Shown: positions 55,489 to 64,000 of the stretch, piece by piece | Layout: each line of letters opens with the position of its first letter | Numbering within the stretch: position 1 is the stretch's first letter | NCBI GenBank assembly: GCA_028532905.1 | Contig: JAQQAM010000097.1 | Span: forward strand, 8,506 to 72,505 | Length of the DNA: 64,000 nucleotides | Direction of reading: 5' to 3' | Source of the DNA: Spirochaetales bacterium | Lineage (GTDB): Bacteria; Spirochaetota; Spirochaetia; DSM-2461 | Notes under the pieces: model-generated | Seen by the model: only the letters and a program-made list of their open reading frames with translations | Told to the model about the DNA's origin: nothing | The model's database searches: none | Translations under genes and position numbers: made by a program

Positions 55489-57414
55489 GTGAAACGTTGG
55501 AAAGATGTTAAGATTATGGGCAAGCTGCTCATTGGCTTCGGAACAGTCATGTTTCTCCTTATCATTGTTGCTACCTGGACTTTTTTCGGAATATCAGAAA
55601 TTGTTGGCAATGCAGAAGAAGTGATCATGGGAAACGAGCTCAACGGAAATTTGGCTCAAAGAGAAGTTGACCATCTGAACTGGGCCAATGAGGTGAATCT
55701 TCTGCTCACAAATGATGAAGTAACGGAGCTGAACGTCCAGCTGGATGACCATCAGTGCGCCTTTGGAAAATGGCTTTATGGTATGGAGCGGGAAGAGGCG
55801 GAAGCCCTTATGCCCAACCTGGGCCCCTTATTCAAGGCAATAGAAGAACCCCACTTTCATCTGCACCAGTCTGCAGCCGAGATAAAAGACGTATTTGTAC
55901 AGGCAGACAATCAGCTCCCCGCCAGACTGGCCCAAAGGGAAATTGAGCATCTGGTCTGGGCGGCATCCATCAGAGACAGCCTGCTTCAGGGCAGCAGACA
56001 ACTGCAAGTCGAACTGGATCCGGACAAATGCAATCTGGGCCGGTGGATCAACTCCCCGGAAGCCCGGAATCTGTACAACAGCCAGAGTCCCGAATTCAGG
56101 GCCATTTGGGATAAGATGCTCGAAGACCATGTCGCCCTCCACAACTCGGCCGCCTCCCTGGAACCGATTATGGCAGTCAGTCAGCCCCGGAGCCTGACAT
56201 TCTTCAACAATACAGTTCTTCCCAATCTGGATAGCACCATCGAAAGTCTCGGCGGCCTCAAAGCCATAGCCGAAGAGGATCTCAGACAGATGGGAGCGGC
56301 ATTTCAGATTTACAGCACCAAAACGAGCCCTTCCCTGTCAGAAGTCCAGAGGCTTCTCAACGAAATCAGAGACAGCGCGGCCTCGCAGATTATGACGGAC
56401 GTGCAGATGCTGGAAGCCGCACAGCGGACCAGAGAGCTTATAATGGCCGGTAGTGTTGTGGCTGTCATTACGGCGATACTCCTTGCCTTCATTATTTCCA
56501 GAGGAATCACGGGAGCCATGACCAAGGGGATCAAATTTGCCATCAGTCTTTCAGAAGGAGACCTGACGGCTACGATTGATATGGATCAGAAGGATGAAGT
56601 GGGACAGCTGGCTGCTGCTCTTAAGGAAATGAGAAACAGTCTGAACCATGTGGTCTCTCAGGTCATGATCAGCTCCCAGAATGTGAGCTCCGGCAGCCAT
56701 CAGCTCAGCTCCACATCACAGCAGCTCTCCCAGGGAGCCACAGAACAGGCGGCATCCGCCGAAGAAGTCTCCTCCTCCATGGAGCAGATGATGTCCAATA
56801 TTGAACAGTCCAGTGACAATGCCCATCAGACAGAACAGATATCCTCAAAGGCGGCTGTGCAGATAGAGGAAAGCGGTAAGGCCGTAATGGAAACTGTGGA
56901 TGCTATGAAGAATATCGCAGAAAAAATATCCATCATCCAGAGCATCGCCAGCCAGACCAATATGCTCAGCCTGAATGCTGCCATAGAGGCGGCCAGGGCC
57001 GGAGAACACGGCAAAGGCTTTGCCGTTGTTGCCGCTGAGGTGGGAAAACTGGCAGCCAGCAGTAAAAAAGCGGCAGAAGAGATATCAGAGCTTACAGGCA
57101 GGAGCGTATCCCAGGCCAACAACAGCGGCGAACTGATGGATGAGCTGGTTCCCCAGATAAAAAACACAGCCGGTCTGATTCAGGAAATTTCCGCCTCCAA
57201 CAAGGAGCAGCGCACCGGTGCCGAACAGATCAACCTGGCGGTGACCCAGCTGGATCAGGTTGTACAGCAGAATGCCTCTGCCGCAGAAGAGGCGGCAGCC
57301 ATGTCGGAAGAACTGTCGGCACAGGCCAGCCACCTGCAGCAGCTGATCAGTTTTTTCAAACTGGATGAGCAGTACAAACTGAACTCGGAGAACAGACAGC
57401 TGCTGGAAGAATAA
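55489..57414 (+). CDS. Methyl-accepting chemotaxis protein whose periplasmic region carries two tandem CZB (chemoreceptor zinc-binding) motifs
   Basis: TM1 about residues 13-35, TM2 about 317-337, HAMP, then the MA domain (ASQTNMLSLNAAIEAARAGEHGKGFAVVAAEVGKLA). CZB motif 1: H62-x2-W, C90-x-F-G-x-W, H122-x3-H126. CZB motif 2: H154-x2-W, C181-x-L-G-x-W, H214-x3-H218. GTG start with AAAGGAG upstream. Confidence 0.8.
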   Translation: MKRWKDVKIMGKLLIGFGTVMFLLIIVATWTFFGISEIVGNAEEVIMGNELNGNLAQREVDHLNWANEVNLLLTNDEVTELNVQLDDHQCAFGKWLYGMEREEAEALMPNLGPLFKAIEEPHFHLHQSAAEIKDVFVQADNQLPARLAQREIEHLVWAASIRDSLLQGSRQLQVELDPDKCNLGRWINSPEARNLYNSQSPEFRAIWDKMLEDHVALHNSAASLEPIMAVSQPRSLTFFNNTVLPNLDSTIESLGGLKAIAEEDLRQMGAAFQIYSTKTSPSLSEVQRLLNEIRDSAASQIMTDVQMLEAAQRTRELIMAGSVVAVITAILLAFIISRGITGAMTKGIKFAISLSEGDLTATIDMDQKDEVGQLAAALKEMRNSLNHVVSQVMISSQNVSSGSHQLSSTSQQLSQGATEQAASAEEVSSSMEQMMSNIEQSSDNAHQTEQISSKAAVQIEESGKAVMETVDAMKNIAEKISIIQSIASQTNMLSLNAAIEAARAGEHGKGFAVVAAEVGKLAASSKKAAEEISELTGRSVSQANNSGELMDELVPQIKNTAGLIQEISASNKEQRTGAEQINLAVTQLDQVVQQNASAAEEAAAMSEELSAQASHLQQLISFFKLDEQYKLNSENRQLLEE

Positions 57415-57523
57415 GAAAAGGGGCGGGCAGCAGAGAAAGATAAGACCGGACCGGTTCCAGGCATATTGCACAATACGGGATCATACATTACATTTCACAC
57501 AATGCACTTTATAAGGAATATGT

Positions 57524-58861
57524 ATGAATCAAAATGAGGGAACTCCCGTTCCCAGACGATATGGATTTTGGACGGCTTCGGCCATGGTTGTGGGAATCAC
57601 AATCGGATCAGGGGTCTTTTTCAAGGCAGATGATGTTCTCTCGGCAGCCGGAGGGAGTCTTCCCATGGCTCTTCTGGCCTGGCTGATCGGAGGGGCAATC
57701 ATGGTTGTAACCGCCTATGTATTTGCCCGTATAGCCTCCCGGATTGAGAAAGTCAACGGAATGGTGGACTACTTTGAGGCCGCCTATGGTGAAAAGGCCG
57801 CCTATCTGGTGGCCTGGTTTATGACAATCATCTACTACCCTTCACTGGTGGCCGTTCTCTCCTGGGTTTCCGCCAACTATACTCTGGCCCTCACAGGCTG
57901 GGAACAGGGACTCTGGAGCCTGGCTCTGATTTACATGCTCCTCTTTAACATCCTGAATGTTCTGTCCCCCATGATGGCCGGACGCTGGCAGGTGAGTGCG
58001 ACAATTATCAAACTGATACCGCTTCTGCTGGTCGGTGTTTTCGGGACAATCAGCGGAATCATCAGCGGTCAGACCGTGGACAGCTTTACCAGAACCGCCG
58101 GTTCCCTGGCAACACAGGGCGGAGGACTGGCTCTGGCAACAGTATCCACCGCTTTTGCCTATGAAGGATGGATCATTGCCACCTCTATCAATTCAGAAAT
58201 ACGGGACGCCCGGAGAGTCCTGCCCCGGGCTCTGATAACAGGAACCCTGGCCATTATGCTGATCTATATGCTGTATTATCTGGGTCTTTCGGGAGTTCTT
58301 TCCAACGAAGCCATACTCCAGGCAGGGGACAAGGCACCGGTTCTTGTGGTTTCCAAAATTTTCGGTTCTGTGGGGGGCTCCCTGCTGACGGCCTTCGTTG
58401 TTGTCTCCTGTCTGGGAACTCTCAACGGTCTGGTGATGGCCACATCAAGGGGTATGTATTCCATAGCCGTCAGAGGCAGAGGCCCGGCGGTGGATTTCTT
58501 CAGCCGCATCAACAAAAAAACTGCTTCCACACTGAACTCGGCACTGGCCGGTCTGGGGATATCCCTTTTCTGGCTGCTGGTATGGTATGGTAATTTTCAG
58601 GGATGGTGGGGAGGATTCCTGGACATTTCCGAGCTGCCCATAGTCTTTCTCTATTCCATCTATTTATCTCTGTATTTCTGGTATGTCAGACATTTCAAAG
58701 ATTTCAGCTTTGTTCAGAGGTATGTCGCTCCCGCTCTGGCAGGAATAGGTTCTGTTTATATTCTTATAGGAGGACTGAGAAAGGATATGGTAATCCAGTT
58801 CCTGATCCTCTCCTGTCTCATATTCGGAGCCGCTCTGCTGCTGGACAGAAAAAAGAAATAA
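57524..58861 (+). CDS. Amino acid permease (APC superfamily)
   Basis: 445 aa, 12 TM segments, N-terminal block GITIGSGVFFK and the overall APC pattern. Confidence 0.8.
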   Translation: MNQNEGTPVPRRYGFWTASAMVVGITIGSGVFFKADDVLSAAGGSLPMALLAWLIGGAIMVVTAYVFARIASRIEKVNGMVDYFEAAYGEKAAYLVAWFMTIIYYPSLVAVLSWVSANYTLALTGWEQGLWSLALIYMLLFNILNVLSPMMAGRWQVSATIIKLIPLLLVGVFGTISGIISGQTVDSFTRTAGSLATQGGGLALATVSTAFAYEGWIIATSINSEIRDARRVLPRALITGTLAIMLIYMLYYLGLSGVLSNEAILQAGDKAPVLVVSKIFGSVGGSLLTAFVVVSCLGTLNGLVMATSRGMYSIAVRGRGPAVDFFSRINKKTASTLNSALAGLGISLFWLLVWYGNFQGWWGGFLDISELPIVFLYSIYLSLYFWYVRHFKDFSFVQRYVAPALAGIGSVYILIGGLRKDMVIQFLILSCLIFGAALLLDRKKK

Positions 58862-59104
58862 TGCATTTCTCTTCCGTCCCCCTCGGGGGGCGGAACGCTC
58901 CGGATAAGACCACCAGAACCACCCTACAATTCTGTAGGACGAACCCCTTTTAACAACATATCTGTAACTTTCAGTCAATATCTATTTTTTTACATATACG
59001 TATATTATACGTTTGTGTATCTTTTTCAAAATATAGATATTTCCTTTGTATAAATGATTTTAACATAATTCAATAATCTGTATTAATACTTTTTTGTAAA
59101 AGAT

Positions 59105-59120
59105 TGGTATATTTATTGCA
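59105..59120 (+). promoter_or_regulatory. Sigma-54 (-24/-12) type promoter candidate for amtB-glnK
   Basis: TGGTATATTTATTGCA compared with consensus TGGCACG-N4-TTGCW. The GG and GC elements have the correct spacing. It lies 39 nt upstream of the amtB ATG, and the operon context is nitrogen-regulated. Confidence 0.45.
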
Positions 59121-59158
59121 TTTCTGAAAAGCAAATACTTTTTGGAGAACACAAAACA

Positions 59159-60487
59159 ATGAACAGATCTTTTCTAAGGAAAGTCAGCGCTGCAGCCCTG
59201 CTGCTGCTACTCCCCCTTTCCTCACTCTGGGCTGCAGATGACGGCCTGGCTTCGGTCATAGCCGGCCTGGATACATTCTGGGTTCTTATGGCTGCCTTTA
59301 TGGTATTTTTCATGCAGGCCGGTTTCGGTATGGTAGAGGCCGGATTTATCCGGGCAAAAAATGCCACTAATATCCTTACGAAAAACTTCCTGGACTTCTG
59401 TATGGCGTCTCTGGGCTACTTTGCCTTCGGATACGCCCTGATGTTCGGTACAGGCAATGGCTTTATGGGCATGGAAGGCTGGTTTCTGGCAGGAGCTGAA
59501 AGTGCCGCGGATGTTCCTCTTTTCGCTTTCTGGCTGTTTCAGGCGGCCTTCTGCGGAGCTGCCGCAACCATCGTAGCCGGAGGGATGGCAGAGAGAATGA
59601 AATTTCAGGCCTACCTGATCTACTCCTTTCTGATTTCCGCTTTTATCTATCCCATTATCGGTCACTGGGTCTGGGGCGGCGGCTGGCTGGCCGCTATGGG
59701 CTTCAATGACTTTGCCGGCTCCGGTGTTGTTCATACAACAGGTGGTGTGGCTGCCCTGATCGGAACCATTCTACTGAAACCCAGAACCGGGAAATACAGA
59801 CCCGACGGTTCAGTGAAAATGATTGCCGGACACAATATCCCTCTGGCATCTCTTGGTGTATTTATCCTCTGGTTCGGCTGGTTCGGATTCAACCCCGGCT
59901 CCACCCTGTCAGTAGGCAATGGCGATCTGATTGCACGGATAGCCATCAACACAAACCTGGCGGCAGCAGCCGGCGGTGTGGCTGCCATGCTTACAATCTG
60001 GAGAATCTCCGGCAAACCAGACCTTTCCATGGCTCTCAATGGAGCTCTGGCCGGACTGGTCGCCGTTACTGCTCCCTGTGCTTTTGTTGACCCCTGGGCC
60101 GCCATCGTCATTGGATTCATCGGTGGAATACTGGTTGTTCTGGCAGCCATCCTTCTGGATAAAATGAGAATTGATGATCCTGTGGGTGCCTTCCCTGTTC
60201 ACGGAGTAAACGGTATATGGGGGACTATCTCAGTTGGTATTTTCGGAAAAGCAGCTCTTGGACTTCCCTCTGACGGTCTGGTCTACGGCGGCGGCTTTGC
60301 TCAGCTGGGCATTCAGGTTCTGGGAATCGCTGCGATTATTGCCTTCGTACTGCTGACCATGGGTGCTATCTTCAAGATAATTGATATGACCATTGGACTG
60401 AGGGTCACAAGAGACGAAGAGAATCTTGGTCTGGACATCGGCGAACACGGACTGGAATCCTACACCGGTTTTCAGATTATCGAATAA
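59159..60487 (+). CDS. amtB: Ammonium transporter
   Basis: Signal-like N-terminus, then [44 protein letters not shown]. Confidence 0.9.
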   Translation: MNRSFLRKVSAAALLLLLPLSSLWAADDGLASVIAGLDTFWVLMAAFMVFFMQAGFGMVEAGFIRAKNATNILTKNFLDFCMASLGYFAFGYALMFGTGNGFMGMEGWFLAGAESAADVPLFAFWLFQAAFCGAAATIVAGGMAERMKFQAYLIYSFLISAFIYPIIGHWVWGGGWLAAMGFNDFAGSGVVHTTGGVAALIGTILLKPRTGKYRPDGSVKMIAGHNIPLASLGVFILWFGWFGFNPGSTLSVGNGDLIARIAINTNLAAAAGGVAAMLTIWRISGKPDLSMALNGALAGLVAVTAPCAFVDPWAAIVIGFIGGILVVLAAILLDKMRIDDPVGAFPVHGVNGIWGTISVGIFGKAALGLPSDGLVYGGGFAQLGIQVLGIAAIIAFVLLTMGAIFKIIDMTIGLRVTRDEENLGLDIGEHGLESYTGFQIIE

Positions 60488-60522
60488 AGCCGCGGGGCTT
60501 TGAAATTATTATGGGAGATGAA

Positions 60523-60867
60523 ATGATGTTTTTAGTAACAGCACTGATACAGCCTCAGAAATTTGAGGATGTCAAAAAAGCCCTTTTTGAAGCGGATGTA
60601 CATAAAATGACAGTAACATCAGCCAAAGGATGCGGTCAGCAGAAAGGTTATGACGAGTCCTTCAGAGGGGTTCACTCGGAAATTATTTTGAGAAATAAAA
60701 TTCAGATTGAAATTGCGGTAAACAAGGAATTTGTAGAGCCCACAATCGATGCAATTGTCGAAGGAGCCAGAACCGGAACCATCGGTGACGGAAAAATCTT
60801 TGTCACAGAACTCAAAGAATGCGTTCGAATCAGAACCGGAGAACGGGGACACGACGCCATCGGCTGA
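60523..60867 (+). CDS. glnK: P-II nitrogen regulatory protein (GlnK type)
   Basis: [22 protein letters not shown]-loop [25 protein letters not shown]. Start set at ATG 60523 (GGGAGATGAA upstream). The track ORF starts at 60511. Confidence 0.85.
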   Translation: MMFLVTALIQPQKFEDVKKALFEADVHKMTVTSAKGCGQQKGYDESFRGVHSEIILRNKIQIEIAVNKEFVEPTIDAIVEGARTGTIGDGKIFVTELKECVRIRTGERGHDAIG

Positions 60868-60907
60868 TTTTCCCGTTCAAATATGCAACATATTTAAAAG
60901 ATACCTT

Positions 60908-60931
60908 CCCTGCTGAAGAAATTCAGCAGGG
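60908..60931. terminator. Hairpin terminator between the convergent glnK and DUF4395 genes
   Basis: CCCTGCTGAA (60908-60917) / TTCAGCAGGG (60922-60931) with loop GAAA. Weak T/A tracts on both sides. Confidence 0.55.
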
Positions 60932-60945
60932 AAATTTCCCAGCCC

Positions 60946-61404
60946 TCAGGCAGCACAGTCTTCACAGAATTTCGAAGGTATCCACCCCCGGTGCATTAGA
61001 AATGCAAATATCTTACATCCTGCACAGAAACCGAATCCCGACTCCAGAAATGAAAACAGTCCCAGAACCGAAATAACCAGTACAGCTGTCAGATTCAGAC
61101 CGCTGAGAGCCAGAACAAGGGCTCCCGAACTGAGGAACAGACCGATGAGCGCGGCAAATCTTTTGGGAGTAAAAAAGATGGGTCTGTACTTCAGTTTCAG
61201 AACTTGACTCAGGATCACTCCCGTCCGGGCCAGAAGGCTGAACCGGGGATACCCCAGGGCTCTTACAGCAAAATCAGCAATAAGAAAAACAGGGATCAGA
61301 GGATGAGCCGTCACTATATAAAGAAGGGAGAGGAGGAACACCTGGCCTCCCACCAGCCTGACAACAGAGGCATTTACTTTTTTTGGTATACTTACAACTT
61401 TCAT
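60946..61404 (-). CDS. DUF4395 domain membrane protein
   Basis: 152 aa, 4 TM segments. N-terminal ..NASVVRLVGGQVFLL.. and C-terminal GFCAGCKIFAFLM..G are typical of DUF4395. Confidence 0.6.
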   Translation of the reverse strand: MKVVSIPKKVNASVVRLVGGQVFLLSLLYIVTAHPLIPVFLIADFAVRALGYPRFSLLARTGVILSQVLKLKYRPIFFTPKRFAALIGLFLSSGALVLALSGLNLTAVLVISVLGLFSFLESGFGFCAGCKIFAFLMHRGWIPSKFCEDCAA

Positions 61405-61470
61405 ATACTAGTAATATTATAGTAATACTAGTAATTGTCAATATAAAAAGGATAACTTCCCTTAAAAAGT

Positions 61471-62643
61471 CTACAATATTCGATGGGCAATCTCTTCGGA
61501 AGGCTCTCCCAGGAGTATGCCCTTCTCCAGTATTTTGGATTGATCCTTGCTCAATCCTTCCATTAGAGCGGCAACACTCCGGCCCTGCCTCTCGAATATT
61601 TTCAGATACACCTCTTCACTGTCTGAGTAGACTGTCCCCTTGTCATCCTCCCGGAGATCCTGGAGGGCCATGGAAAAATAGAATTTCCCGAAGGGTTCAC
61701 ATTTAAGCCGGGTGGCTCTGTTTTCGAGACTTTCGGATTCACCGCTCATATTCAAAGCGGCTGTCCGTCCCTGGTATTCCGCCCAGTGCCAGAGCCCCCG
61801 GGGCCATCCTGGGAGAGACTCCACCGCATCGCCGGCGGCATAGATATCCGGCAGCCCTGTTTCCAGACGGAGATTACAGAGGATGCCTCTGTCTCCGTAT
61901 ATTCCCAGAGGCAGAGCCAGAGAAGGGTTCCCCCTTATCCCGGTTGAAGCCAGAATCAGATCCGTTTCCATAAGCTCCCCGTCACTGAACACTGTATAGA
62001 CAGAGCCCTGCCGGCTCAATTTACTTATATTCTGAGAAAGACGGCAGTCTATCCCCTCCTGTTTCAGAAGGCCCAGCAGTTTAGCGGAGAGAGTCTCATC
62101 CAGCCAGCGCTCCATGATCCGGCTGTCCCGGCCGGCCAGAACAACGTCCAGCCCCATTCTGCAGCACTGCTCTGCAATTTCTACAGCCTCCACTCCCAGT
62201 CCCAACACGGTAACTCTCTTACAACTCTCCAGAAGATTTCTGATTCTCTCGGTATCTTCTGCCGTTCTCAAGTGATGCACATGCTCCCACCCCGGAATAT
62301 CCGGATGAAAAGGAACAGCACCGGTGGCAAGAAGCAGCTTTCCCCAACCGTACCGGCTGCCGTCTGAACACACCAGTTCACGGGAATCAGGAAACACGGA
62401 GCTTACTGTGATTCCGTTGAGCAGATCGATCCCCTGCTCTGCGTACCAGCCGGGCTTCTGGAGGGCAAAATCCTCTTTTCCGAAGCCTGCAGCCATTTTT
62501 TTTGTGAGATGAGTCCGTTTATAGGGATACCTGTCTTCTCCGTTGATCAGAAGAATCCGGGCATCCGGATTCCGTTCCCGCAATGTTTCAGCCGCCGACA
62601 GCCCGGCTTTGGAGGCACCGATAATTACAAATTCATATTTCAT
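61471..62643 (-). CDS. FAD-dependent pyridine nucleotide-disulfide oxidoreductase family protein (Pyr_redox_2, rubredoxin-reductase/NADH-oxidase-like)
   Basis: FAD fold FVIIGASKAGLSAAE, NAD fold VTVLGLGVEAVEIAE, ATG..P and AAGD motifs. No redox-active CxxxxC is visible. Confidence 0.75.
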   Translation of the reverse strand: MKYEFVIIGASKAGLSAAETLRERNPDARILLINGEDRYPYKRTHLTKKMAAGFGKEDFALQKPGWYAEQGIDLLNGITVSSVFPDSRELVCSDGSRYGWGKLLLATGAVPFHPDIPGWEHVHHLRTAEDTERIRNLLESCKRVTVLGLGVEAVEIAEQCCRMGLDVVLAGRDSRIMERWLDETLSAKLLGLLKQEGIDCRLSQNISKLSRQGSVYTVFSDGELMETDLILASTGIRGNPSLALPLGIYGDRGILCNLRLETGLPDIYAAGDAVESLPGWPRGLWHWAEYQGRTAALNMSGESESLENRATRLKCEPFGKFYFSMALQDLREDDKGTVYSDSEEVYLKIFERQGRSVAALMEGLSKDQSKILEKGILLGEPSEEIAHRIL

Positions 62644-62713
62644 CTTTTATTTCCCGGTATTTTACTCATATATATTCATTTTAATGATTCTCAGTTCAGA
62701 TGCCAGTTTATAT

Positions 62714-62746
62714 TTGACAAAGCAACAAACATAGGTTATTAATAAC
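62714..62746 (+). promoter_or_regulatory. Candidate sigma-70 promoter of padR with a palindromic operator overlapping the -10
   Basis: TTGACA (62714-62719), 17-nt spacer, TATTAA (62737-62742). A perfect 12-bp palindrome GTTATTAATAAC (62735-62746) is flanked by ACATAG direct repeats. Confidence 0.4.
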
Positions 62747-62773
62747 ATAGATACTAAATAACAGGAGAGCAAA

Positions 62774-63319
62774 ATGTCACTGGAATTAACAATACTCGGA
62801 TTATTAAGCTGGAATCCTCAAAGCGGATACGACCTGAAGAAAAGCTTCAGCGCTGTAGAGTTCATCCCCTGGTCCGGAAACAACAACCAGATTTACAGAA
62901 CTCTTCTGCGCCTCCACTCTGAAGGCCTTGTGGACTCACAAATCACGCAGCCCGAAAGCGGTCCCGCCAAAAAGATCTACACCCTTACAGAGAAGGGCTA
63001 TACGAGTCTGAAGGCTCAGCTTCTCGGAGCTCCCGAACTGGAGCAGGTCAAAAATACGTTTCTCATACAGCTTGCCTTTGCGGAAATACTGGAAACCAGA
63101 CTGATCCTGCAGCTTCTTGAGGACTATTGCACCCAGATTACTGAACGAAAAGTGCTACTGACTGAGGAGTTCCGGAGAGCCGAAGGATACCCCGGACGGT
63201 CGGAAAGAGAGACACTCATTTGGACGCGGATTACGGACCGGCGCCTGGAATCTCTGGACAATGAGAAGAAATGGGCTGAGAGCCTCATGGAGGAACTGAA
63301 GGAGACCTTCCATGAATAA
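62774..63319 (+). CDS. PadR-family transcriptional regulator
   Basis: LELTILGLLSWNPQSGYDLKK ... NQIYRTLLRLHSEGLV ... KKIYTLTEKG, plus a C-terminal dimerisation helix region. Confidence 0.85.
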   Translation: MSLELTILGLLSWNPQSGYDLKKSFSAVEFIPWSGNNNQIYRTLLRLHSEGLVDSQITQPESGPAKKIYTLTEKGYTSLKAQLLGAPELEQVKNTFLIQLAFAEILETRLILQLLEDYCTQITERKVLLTEEFRRAEGYPGRSERETLIWTRITDRRLESLDNEKKWAESLMEELKETFHE

Positions 63320-64000
63320 AGTATTTAAAAGCACAGAAGGCCGCGGGGCGGTACTCTCCCTGTATGACAGAGCCCTTCAGGAGTCCGGGCTGGATCTCAT
63401 CACTCATAATATGGAGACCCCCTTGGGAAAAACCCATGTACTGGAATACGGCAACCCTGATAATCCTCCCCTTCTACTGATCCACGGAACGGGAAGCAGC
63501 GCTGCCTTTTTTCTGTATGCCCTGCCGGAACTGGCTGTCAGGTACCATGTATTTCTCCCGGACATCCCCGGGGAGCCCGGAAAAAGTGAAGACAGCCGCT
63601 TTTCCTGCCGGGGAGATGGGTTTTCCCGCTGGTTACAGGCAATCCTGGAGACTCTTTCAATTGAAAAAGTTCATATGGCCGGTCAGTCTCTGGGTGCCTG
63701 GGCCTCCCTCCGCTTCGCCCTGGACCATCCCGAACGGGTAAAGTCAGTACGGCTTATAAGCCCCTCGGGTCTGGCTTCACCGAAAATAAGCTATATTCCT
63801 TTATTCATCTGGTCCCTTGCGAGGGGAGATAAGGGAGTTAAAGACATGATTGCCCGTTTGCATAACTCTTCTGCGGAAGAGATTTCTCCTGAAGAAATGG
63901 AAGCCTTCCGGGTGATGATGAAACACTGCCGTCCCAGAGAAGAGGCTCCACCCCTGTTTACAGATACTGAACTCTCCTCTCTTGCTGTTCCCCTCCTCTA
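63312..64000 (+). CDS. Alpha/beta hydrolase (partial; continues past the window end)
   Basis: Own translation from ATG 63312: MNKVFKSTEGRGAVLSLYD...PLLLIHGTGSSAAFF...VHMAGQSLGAW (GxSxG nucleophile elbow)... with no stop before 64000. It overlaps the padR stop by 8 nt. It is absent from the ORF track because it is open-ended. Confidence 0.75.
   Translation, partial: MNKVFKSTEGRGAVLSLYDRALQESGLDLITHNMETPLGKTHVLEYGNPDNPPLLLIHGTGSSAAFFLYALPELAVRYHVFLPDIPGEPGKSEDSRFSCRGDGFSRWLQAILETLSIEKVHMAGQSLGAWASLRFALDHPERVKSVRLISPSGLASPKISYIPLFIWSLARGDKGVKDMIARLHNSSAEEISPEEMEAFRVMMKHCRPREEAPPLFTDTELSSLAVPLL

Noticed and set aside
58872-58895. Hairpin CCGTCCCCC-TC-GGGGGGCGG after the APC permease gene as a terminator
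   Set aside because: The stem is short and imperfect, and no T-tract follows. The evidence is insufficient.
1-64000. CRISPR arrays, tRNA/rRNA genes, IS elements, integrases, prophage or toxin-antitoxin pairs
   Set aside because: Reading the intergenic regions and the ORF translations, I found no regularly spaced repeats, cloverleaf-like sequences, transposase or recombinase motifs, or terminal inverted repeats. A tRNAscan/Infernal/ISfinder run would be needed to exclude small elements formally.

Overview
This 64-kb window looks like ordinary chromosome from a moderately GC-rich, anaerobic, motile, sugar-degrading bacterium. The gene content (CheX/CheC-type phosphatase, many MCP and c-di-GMP genes, tungsten AOR, COG1900 homocysteine pathway) suggests a free-living spirochaete-like organism, but that is inference only.

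I support about 58 protein-coding genes, all called by reading the supplied ORF translations for motifs. No database search was possible. I saw no rRNA, tRNA, CRISPR array, transposase or integrase.

Gene blocks, in order:
- 1-2201: COG1900/NIL homocysteine genes, divergent from a ThiF-like E1.
- 2185-4281: lactonase, a small hypothetical gene and a ClbS/DfsB-like gene.
- 4615-11278: a putative Moco/Tuco riboswitch followed by tupABC-moeA-moaA-moaC-MOSC-mog-MOSC.
- 11310-20483: a YesM/YesN-type two-component system, a sugar ABC transporter, GH43 and GH1.
- 20524-22810: tungsten-type aldehyde:ferredoxin oxidoreductase plus a 4-cluster ferredoxin.
- 24366-29905: a more A+T-rich three-gene envelope operon (triple-module lipoprotein, secreted CsgG/LpoB-like protein, exported caspase-PEGA-FGE-like protease). 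I cannot assign it to any named system, and it is my best candidate for something undescribed.
- 29883-41372: housekeeping and transport genes, including an HTH-fused orphan ABC ATPase and a MerR-controlled MATE pump.
- 41479-57414: a dense signalling region. It holds a CheY-CheC-diguanylate cyclase operon, two MCPs (one with tandem periplasmic CZB motifs), a degenerate-GGDEF/EAL protein, and a hybrid kinase - receiverless wHTH - hybrid kinase module. The monomeric isocitrate dehydrogenase gene icd (45949-48183) sits inside this region.
- 57524-64000: APC permease, an amtB-glnK pair with a sigma-54-like promoter, DUF4395 plus a flavoprotein, PadR, and an alpha/beta hydrolase.
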